Assembly: GCA_964588995.1 (NCBI GenBank)
Contig: CAZPQM010000002.1
Span: forward strand, 59,459-123,458
Direction of reading: 5' to 3'
Length of the DNA: 64,000 nt
DNA from: an uncultured Rickettsiales bacterium
GTDB lineage: Bacteria > Pseudomonadota > Alphaproteobacteria > Rickettsiales > UBA8987
The notes under the pieces are model-generated. The model searched no databases. It saw only the letters and a list, made by a program, of their open reading frames with translations, and was not told where the DNA came from. The position numbers and the translations under genes were made by a program. Positions 57,208 through 64,000 of this stretch are shown here, one piece after another (the stretch's first letter is position 1; each line of letters begins with the position of its first letter).

Positions 57208-58425
57208 TGTTGTTTGCTCGCTTCTTTTAGCGTAAGCCGATGCATGTTGCCATTCATATCCGGCTGCGCTGATCAATATGAAATAACTGATCAAATGGAA
57301 GTGGTGAATAAAGGTATTGTCTGTAATCATGACCAGCAAATTATAGAGAAAAAGGTAAAGCCCGAATGTATTCTGCTTAAAAATCATGAAGAATGCTAAT
57401 AGCAGTATGGCAAACCCTACTATTCCGTAATCGTAAAAATAGAGTAGGTAAGAATTATGCACCTGCAGGGGATAATCAATCGTTACCTCAACCAGTTTGC
57501 GCGTTGAATCTCCAGGCCCATTGCCAAACAAAATATTCAGCACCGACTGGCCCTGATACTGAGCGGAGAGGATCTGGTACTCCAGTAGTCGTCCCATTGT
57601 AAATTCTGATACGGTCGCTTCCGAGCCCAGTATATCTGATAGCAGAGCAAAGAAGTCATAGTAGTACATATTCGCAAGCCCTGCGCCGATGATCATGACT
57701 GGAATAAAGATATAGAGTAATACCCGCTCCCGTACGCGAAGCAGCATACTGATGCCGCGCGTTAACACGTATAAAAACAACACGATAATAACCGCCGAGA
57801 ACGCGATACGCTTAAAGGCAATAAAAAATAAAAGAAAGGTGATGACGGACAAGATCCGCTTTTTAAAGATAAGGCAGTAGATAAATATACCACCAAGAGG
57901 AAAAGCAAGCCCGCTTTCCAACAGCCCTTGCGAGCTAGCAAAGTCAAGTCCACCGCGTGTCGTTCCCCCTCCGGAGACCCAAAGAAACACAGTAGTCAGT
58001 GCAAAAATAAGGACCATACCATCGACGGATTTACCGGTAAATTGCATTAGCGGTATAAACGCAATGATATAAAAAATTGGTTTAAAGGCATTGATCCAGG
58101 TAATCCAGCCAATAGGCTCATATTGAAGGAAAATAGACGGTAGTATTGCTACAATGTACAATACTAACGCCGAGGCAAATGCGCCATTAAAGTAGAAGCG
58201 GCTTCCTTTAGATAAGATCCATGCCAGCGCAAAAGAAATAATAGGTAAGGCATAGACGATAAACCGAAGCGGAGAGCCTGTAAAAAAAGAATAAGCCGGG
58301 GCGAATAATAAACCGAACGCCAGCAGGAACAAACTCGCATGTAGCCGAGATTGTTCCACAGCATGGGCAGCATAATAATGCATATCTTTTTTCTGTAAGC
58401 GCATGCTTGAGACACTCCCCTTCAT
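57157..58425 (-). CDS. wzy: Wzy/O-antigen-ligase-like polymerase
   Basis: About 10-11 TMs, FTMGR, LFGNGPG, VHNSYLLYFYDYGIVG; ATGA-coupled to wzx. Confidence 0.75.
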   Translation of the reverse strand: MKGSVSSMRLQKKDMHYYAAHAVEQSRLHASLFLLAFGLLFAPAYSFFTGSPLRFIVYALPIISFALAWILSKGSRFYFNGAFASALVLYIVAILPSIFLQYEPIGWITWINAFKPIFYIIAFIPLMQFTGKSVDGMVLIFALTTVFLWVSGGGTTRGGLDFASSQGLLESGLAFPLGGIFIYCLIFKKRILSVITFLLFFIAFKRIAFSAVIIVLFLYVLTRGISMLLRVRERVLLYIFIPVMIIGAGLANMYYYDFFALLSDILGSEATVSEFTMGRLLEYQILSAQYQGQSVLNILFGNGPGDSTRKLVEVTIDYPLQVHNSYLLYFYDYGIVGFAILLLAFFMIFKQNTFGLYLFLYNLLVMITDNTFIHHFHLISYFILISAAGYEWQHASAYAKRSEQTTLPRRRYRYFRGHYSRA

Positions 58426-59744
58426 CGCTTCATCTTACCCCTAGCGTATTGAAACAGCCTTGTATAACTTTTCCACGACCAAATACCCGGATAGAGTCCT
58501 GTATATTGATGCAAGCGGACATTTAGCCATACGTTACGCACAAACAGGCCAAAAAAGATGGCCCAGCCGATGCCGATTAACCCTAGCCAGGACCCCAGCA
58601 CCAGAATTAAGAATACGGTAAGAGCGGTCTCACCTATCGCAATGCGAAGTGTAACACGCTCCTGACCGGTCAGCATATATATGTGTGTCGTCGGTCCGGA
58701 TGCGGCATTCATTAAAAAGCCGGCGGCGATAAGGATCATGGGCAAATAAGCCGCTTGGTACTCCGGCTGTGTCAGCAGCGTAATGAGAGGAATGCCGTAG
58801 AGTAACAATAGCAAAAACAGAGCGAGCGCAGGTAAAAAAACCAGCCAGCAGCTTATGGTCAGTAACTTTTGTTGCATTTCAATATTACCTGCTTGATGCG
58901 TTTTGGAAATAATCGGCATAACGACAAACGCCATACACCATTGCATAAGACCAAGGAGCGAACCGAAGCGCGTCGCCGTTTCCAGAAACGCGGTTGCGGT
59001 CACCCCTAATAATAGCGGCGTAATTAATATCGGCAGGCGCAAATTCAGGTTATTAAGCGCAAGCGTACCGAACATACGAAAGGCGGTTTGACGAAACTCG
59101 CTAAGGAAGGCGGTCTGCTCTGCGCCCTCCTGATACGGGTATACGCTCCGCACGAAAAAGCGATACAGCAGAAAAACCAGCCAGACCAGCATGGTCTGGA
59201 CAGTCAGGATAGTAAGTAATGAATGAGCGTCAACCAGCACTAGAGTCAGAGTAATCAGTATCAATCCGGACGGAAGCAAAATCGATTCCGGAAAATGTGC
59301 CCGGACCTGTTTTTCTTTGGCTAGTAATTTGCCGGATTGCAGCGCGTTCAGCATATATGCCGGGGCGATCAGCAGGGTCAGTAATATCAGATGAAAATGA
59401 GGGTGTTGCCAATCCTGCCAAAACAGCCAGAGCACTCCTGGCAGCAGCATAATGTAAAATATAGCATGCACCTTCAGGCAAAAACGTACGGCATAGCGAT
59501 GCAGCGTTACGATCTCTCCGATGGATAATGTCGGAGTATATTTCACGAAGGCGAGATCCATCCCAAACGCGCCAAGTGCTCGCACCAGAAACAGAACCGC
59601 ATAGATAATACTGTAAATACCAACCAAAGCGATCGGCAGCGTTTTGGTTAATAGAATAAACCACAGCATTTGCAGGAAAATGCCACTGACGCGCATAAGA
59701 AACACTGACGTTAAACTTGTGAGAATATAGCGCGTCGAATACAT
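58422..59744 (-). CDS. wzx: Wzx-type oligosaccharide flippase
   Basis: About 12 TMs; ASGPTTHIYMLTG, GLIGIGWA motifs typical of MOP flippases. Confidence 0.82.
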   Translation of the reverse strand: MYSTRYILTSLTSVFLMRVSGIFLQMLWFILLTKTLPIALVGIYSIIYAVLFLVRALGAFGMDLAFVKYTPTLSIGEIVTLHRYAVRFCLKVHAIFYIMLLPGVLWLFWQDWQHPHFHLILLTLLIAPAYMLNALQSGKLLAKEKQVRAHFPESILLPSGLILITLTLVLVDAHSLLTILTVQTMLVWLVFLLYRFFVRSVYPYQEGAEQTAFLSEFRQTAFRMFGTLALNNLNLRLPILITPLLLGVTATAFLETATRFGSLLGLMQWCMAFVVMPIISKTHQAGNIEMQQKLLTISCWLVFLPALALFLLLLLYGIPLITLLTQPEYQAAYLPMILIAAGFLMNAASGPTTHIYMLTGQERVTLRIAIGETALTVFLILVLGSWLGLIGIGWAIFFGLFVRNVWLNVRLHQYTGLYPGIWSWKSYTRLFQYARGKMKR

Positions 59745-59796
59745 TTTTACTGCCGTTGGATAAAGAATATCGTTACAACATCAAATTCATAACAGA

Positions 59797-60768
59797 GTGC
59801 ATTGCGCACGTAAAAGGAACATTGTGGAAGAGCCCGGAATTGATGTCAGAACTGGTCGCACCTGGGGCGGGAATGTCAGTGAACGTGCCGCATTGCGGTT
59901 GATTCGCGCGGGTTCACACGGGTTTAGCCTGCTCCGCTTTCGTGGCTTGTGGCGATATACCCGGCTTATTGCAAGATTGCTTGGCATTAAACGGCGCATA
60001 TGGTGCCGGTGCGAAGACGATATTGTTCTAAGTGTGGACGTTAGAGACCCTTATTGGATACGACTTATCGCCCCTTATTTCACCTACGAGCCGGATATAC
60101 ATACCATACTGAAACGCATAAATCATATTAATTATCTTTTAATCGATGGGGGCGCCAATATGGGATATTGGTCCAGCTATATCACTAGCAAACTGTATCA
60201 AAAGCAGGCCATCGCAGTAGAGGCGCTGCAAAATAATGTCGATTTATTGACGCTGCATTGTAAGGCCAATGAAAAGCGTTTTACGGTACTGCATCGCGCG
60301 CTATCTGACACCCCAGATCAGGAACTGACGCTCTATCAAACTGGCGGTCACGCGAGTGTGTCTCTTGTCGGTAGCGAGGAGGCAGCGCGCCATACCGAAA
60401 CGGTTACCACAACTACTATCGACAAAATTATTACAGAAAATGCACCGCATATTCAGAATATTGTGCTAAAATTGGACGTAGAGGGGGTAGAGGTACAAGC
60501 ATTGCAGGGGGCAAAACAGGTGCTAAAAAAACAGCCGCTAATCTTATACGAAGACCACGGTGCGGACAAAAGTTCGCGCGTCACCGATTACATTATAAAC
60601 GTACTAAAGCTGGATTGTTTTTATCTGCATGAAAGCGGCACTCAGCAGAAAATTACGTCTCTGGATATGCTTAAGGCGATTAAAACCGATAAGCAGAAGG
60701 GCTATAATTTTGCCGCCTGCGCAAAGGATTCGGTGTTTTATCCCCACATGATGGAGGGTGAAACGTGA
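59797..60768 (+). CDS. FkbM-family methyltransferase
   Basis: LIDGGANMG, AVEAL, LKLDVEGVE; start codon uncertain. Confidence 0.88.
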   Translation: MHCARKRNIVEEPGIDVRTGRTWGGNVSERAALRLIRAGSHGFSLLRFRGLWRYTRLIARLLGIKRRIWCRCEDDIVLSVDVRDPYWIRLIAPYFTYEPDIHTILKRINHINYLLIDGGANMGYWSSYITSKLYQKQAIAVEALQNNVDLLTLHCKANEKRFTVLHRALSDTPDQELTLYQTGGHASVSLVGSEEAARHTETVTTTTIDKIITENAPHIQNIVLKLDVEGVEVQALQGAKQVLKKQPLILYEDHGADKSSRVTDYIINVLKLDCFYLHESGTQQKITSLDMLKAIKTDKQKGYNFAACAKDSVFYPHMMEGET

Positions 60769-61934
60769 AACATATCCTACTGGCGACGGTAGCTTCACTG
60801 GGCTTTTCCTTTTCGGCATCATCCGATAGCATGATACCGGATGAAGTCATGATCCAGCATTACCTTTCCGATAAGTTTATTACCCCTTATACCGTACAAT
60901 CCGGTACGCAGGACATGGCATCGCTGGAGGGTTATACCTACTTTGAAGGCGTTTATTTCCCTTACACGCAGCTTGCGGAAATGCTCGGCCTGTCTATTCT
61001 GCGAGATGAGAGCATATACAGCTTTAGGCATCAGGATATACGCTACGCTGTCGATACGTCTCGGCACATCGCTTATACCGGTGAGGCGCGCCAGTTGATT
61101 CCACAAGTGCATATTATTACCACATCGGACGAGCTGTATCTCCATGAGGCGTTTTTGGAAAACTGGTTGCCTTTTGATTTTATGGTCAATGTGAGGGGAA
61201 AACGGATCACTCTGCCTGATAGCAACAGGGACAAAACAGTTACGCCTGCCGAGACGGAGATTGTAATTGAGGATTCAGAGGCTTCTGCCGCACTCCAACA
61301 GGTTATTCGTGCACGCCGGATAAGGGCGTTACCACCTTCCGGTCCGGAGATACGAGCAGCACAAAATGCAACTATTGCAGCTTCTGCCACTGTGTCAGCC
61401 GTACCAACCAATAAGCCGGCATTTCAACAGGCTTTACCGAATACTCCGGCACGTATTACCCCCCTGTCTAAACCGCAAAAACATCGTAAAGCTACTGCAA
61501 AGCGGGAACCAAACCGCTTACGGACTAAACCGTTATATGCCAGCCCAGAGCAACAGCCCGTAAGGCGGAATCTGCGCGAGTCTCTGACCATGGTGCATTA
61601 CCGCTATAATACGCCGGCGGCGATGGTTACCACCTTTTACAATGAGTATCATGTTTATCTGCCTTTGACATCCCTGATGCGGCAGTTTGATTTAAACGTC
61701 ATAGAGAAAGCCGAACATATCTTTCACTTTCATCCCGGCGATGTGCAGCATGCGTTTTATCTTGATGTTCATAACAAGCAGATAACCAGACATAAGCAGT
61801 CAGTGCAGATCGAGTCTGATCAGCTTTTCTGGAGAGACGGTGAATTGTATCTATCCACAGCGCTTCTTAATCAATGTTTGCCGCAGAAAATTCAGATGCG
61901 TGATAATTATTATCTCGAGCTATCCGGTTTGTAG
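60765..61934 (+). CDS. Secreted hypothetical protein with a duplicated ~115-aa domain and Pro/Ala/Lys-rich linker
   Basis: Signal peptide; VYFPYTQLAEMLGL..DELYLHEAFLENWLP repeated as VYLPLTSLMRQFDL..GELYLSTALLNQCLP. Confidence 0.72.
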   Translation: MKHILLATVASLGFSFSASSDSMIPDEVMIQHYLSDKFITPYTVQSGTQDMASLEGYTYFEGVYFPYTQLAEMLGLSILRDESIYSFRHQDIRYAVDTSRHIAYTGEARQLIPQVHIITTSDELYLHEAFLENWLPFDFMVNVRGKRITLPDSNRDKTVTPAETEIVIEDSEASAALQQVIRARRIRALPPSGPEIRAAQNATIAASATVSAVPTNKPAFQQALPNTPARITPLSKPQKHRKATAKREPNRLRTKPLYASPEQQPVRRNLRESLTMVHYRYNTPAAMVTTFYNEYHVYLPLTSLMRQFDLNVIEKAEHIFHFHPGDVQHAFYLDVHNKQITRHKQSVQIESDQLFWRDGELYLSTALLNQCLPQKIQMRDNYYLELSGL

Positions 61935-63701
61935 CGTATCCTGAATCCGAACTATCAGCTCTTTTATAGCTGCTATTTCCTGCTTTACCCCGGCAATATC
62001 ATGATCGGCGAGTTTGTGCGGATCGATAGCCCTTCCGGATTCGATAATAGGACGTATTCTGGCTTCCATATCATCGACAACCTCAAGCGCAGAGCTGATG
62101 GACCCTTTGCTGATGCTAATTTCAGGCTCCGTGCTGGTTTCCCATGATTCAAGCGTTTCCTTGCTTTGTTCCGCTAGACGCCCTACGCGAAACACAGCAT
62201 CCTGCACCAGCTCGTCATATTCTTGCAAATCAACGCGGTGATCGCGTAATATATCAGCCATTTCGGTGTCTGTGTGTTGATCCGGAAACGCTTCCAGCAT
62301 AGCGGACAGACGAGCTACTTTTTCATCAAGCAAACTGATGGCCTCATGCACAATGTCATGCTGATGACCCGCGTTCGTTTCTTCCTGCAAAGGCTCGGCC
62401 TCCGCTATCTCTTCCGAAATTGCTTTTTTCTGTAATAATGCTTCGTGCTCCGTTTCCAAGTAAGCCAATTTATCCTGCAGAGCGTGCATTTCCGATTCGT
62501 GCGGATTGGCTTCTTCTTGTTCGCGGAAATGCTTATTAATACGACGTATTTCTTCGCCAAAGGGCGCCTGATCCAGATATGCAAGATTACCACGTATTGC
62601 TTTGCCCGTTGCAAGACGCTGAAGCGCATCCCTCAGCATCCTCGAGGACTTCAGGCCGGCCATACGTAACACGAGATGACTCAGCACAAGCAGCAAGATG
62701 CCAAGCACCAAAAGAACCGCCTGCTTCACCGTTACCGGTTGTTCTCCTCCGGTTGCGGATTGATGCGGGAAAAAATGGACCGCGTAATAGAGTTGACCGG
62801 CCAGCTCAATCGGCCGCGCGATAACGTAGCCAAGTTGTTTACCCTGATCCGATACTGCGGAAGCGGAGAATGAGGACGTATCCACCAGCGGCAGAAGATA
62901 ATCCTGAAAAAAACGAACATCACCTGAAACGACATGCAGGATAGAAAGGTCGCTGTCGGTGAGGTAAATCTGACGATCCGCTCCCACCTGATCGTGCAGC
63001 ATCTCAAGATCGCTGAGAATGACCAGCTTGCCGAGGGACTCACCGAAAGGAGATGTAATCGGATAGGCGGCGAGAATCGTCCCCTTGCCTGTATCGTCGG
63101 GGGAAATGGTAATAAGGTGGTTCGTTTCCAGCGGTTTCTGCAAAATGGCCTGTATATTTTTATCAAGCCCTTCGGCTTTTCCTAACGCATCTGCGAAATA
63201 AGCCGGCTTAAATACGGAGTAGATAATTTCATTCTCATTGGTAATGAAGAGCAAATCATCGTAGTTGCGGCTCTGTATCAAACTCCGCATGCGAGGGTGG
63301 TGCTCTTTATGAATGGCACTATAGGCAGAACCGTCCGGCGCAAAATCGAAATATTCCTTTTTCTCTTCCCCGTAGGGATTATCGGTAACATAAAGCTGTT
63401 TTACGCGTGAGCTTGCTACATCATCCAATTCCTTCCAGCCTTTATCCAGTTCAAAAAAGGCGGAGCGCGTCAGAGGAAGATTGCTGATATAGAGCAAATC
63501 CTGTTCCAGTAATGTCAGACTCTCGCGAGCGAGGTCCGTCGAAAGCGAAGCCACCGGCGATACATAATCCGGCACTTTTCCGGCACTTTTATCCGGCAAC
63601 AGCCACAGCGTGTAACACGCATAAAACATGGCTGCCAGACCGCATAATAGCAACAGCAGCGACCCGTGTTTCACCGAACGATGAATCAGCGCGTTAGACA
63701 C
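61920..63701 (-). CDS. Membrane sensor-like protein: TM - Cache-like domain - TM - HAMP-like - acidic coiled coil
   Basis: YSAIHKEHHP..YDDLLFIT..IIYSVFK resembles chemoreceptor Cache domains; no MCP hairpin or kinase motif in the cytoplasmic part. Confidence 0.65.
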   Translation of the reverse strand: MSNALIHRSVKHGSLLLLLCGLAAMFYACYTLWLLPDKSAGKVPDYVSPVASLSTDLARESLTLLEQDLLYISNLPLTRSAFFELDKGWKELDDVASSRVKQLYVTDNPYGEEKKEYFDFAPDGSAYSAIHKEHHPRMRSLIQSRNYDDLLFITNENEIIYSVFKPAYFADALGKAEGLDKNIQAILQKPLETNHLITISPDDTGKGTILAAYPITSPFGESLGKLVILSDLEMLHDQVGADRQIYLTDSDLSILHVVSGDVRFFQDYLLPLVDTSSFSASAVSDQGKQLGYVIARPIELAGQLYYAVHFFPHQSATGGEQPVTVKQAVLLVLGILLLVLSHLVLRMAGLKSSRMLRDALQRLATGKAIRGNLAYLDQAPFGEEIRRINKHFREQEEANPHESEMHALQDKLAYLETEHEALLQKKAISEEIAEAEPLQEETNAGHQHDIVHEAISLLDEKVARLSAMLEAFPDQHTDTEMADILRDHRVDLQEYDELVQDAVFRVGRLAEQSKETLESWETSTEPEISISKGSISSALEVVDDMEARIRPIIESGRAIDPHKLADHDIAGVKQEIAAIKELIVRIQDTLQTG

Positions 63702-63890
63702 ATTTTACCCCCTGCCATTGATGGCAATCAACTTATCTGGATTAATCCATGTTTTGAGCCGAAGTTCAAGGAGATAATGGGCGTTGCATCCAAGCCCTCA
63801 TCATTTCTGAAACCATAGCAGCACATAAAGCAGAAAATGCTGTACCACACAGTAAAGAGCAACGAAAAGCTTAGTTTTCCGGCTATTTTA

Positions 63891-63899
63891 TGCTATAAT
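63891..63899 (+). promoter_or_regulatory. Extended -10 promoter element
   Basis: TGCTATAAT, 18 nt upstream of gagg RBS + ATG 63917. Confidence 0.45.
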
Positions 63900-63916
63900 C
63901 TTCACTAAGAGGCATT

Positions 63917-64000
63917 ATGCATTTGGAAGGGTTTCATAGCTGGCATTATCCCGATCACCTGCTGGATCGGATTCATCACGGTGTTATTGCTACCAAGCAT
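63917..64000 (+). CDS. Start of a gene truncated by the window end
   Basis: RBS + ATG 63917, open to the window end; too short to identify. Confidence 0.35.
   Translation, partial: MHLEGFHSWHYPDHLLDRIHHGVIATKH

Overview
Alphaproteobacterial chromosomal segment (inferred from CtrA boxes, Coq7, DUF1467, an aatA-type aminotransferase and a cheAY-cheW-cheY-cheB-cheR operon). The left third is mostly housekeeping, chemotaxis and metabolism: che operon, UbiH-family hydroxylase, yejE, bfr, aatA, purH, rsmD, coq7, dsbB, trhO, queF. It also holds a translationally coupled class-III aminotransferase + KamA-like radical-SAM operon in which both lysine-binding Asp positions are substituted. The middle holds a GT4 / probable ribofuranosyltransferase / GT2 trio, trpS, a soluble PAS-PAS chemoreceptor, an AT-rich small-protein / kinase-like-methyltransferase / LtaS-like module, uup, csbD and tRNA-Arg(CCT). 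A metal region follows: decayed TonB receptor, zur-znuCB / znuA with a Zur box, and a four-gene MerT/HMA-type cassette with no merA or merR. A ~18 kb Wzx/Wzy polysaccharide cluster (wecB/C/G, wza, wzc, galE, wzx, wzy, FkbM, CapK-like ligase) with frequent strand switches fills most of the right third. Non-coding features: a family of GTCAT..ATGAC palindromic repeats with one dense mosaic cluster, a TA-flanked MITE-like element, and two perfect tandem DnaA boxes. Four accessory genes carry nonsense or frameshift lesions while the core genes look intact. I found no CRISPR array, rRNA, transposase, integrase or phage gene. All family assignments come from motifs read by eye; no database search was run.
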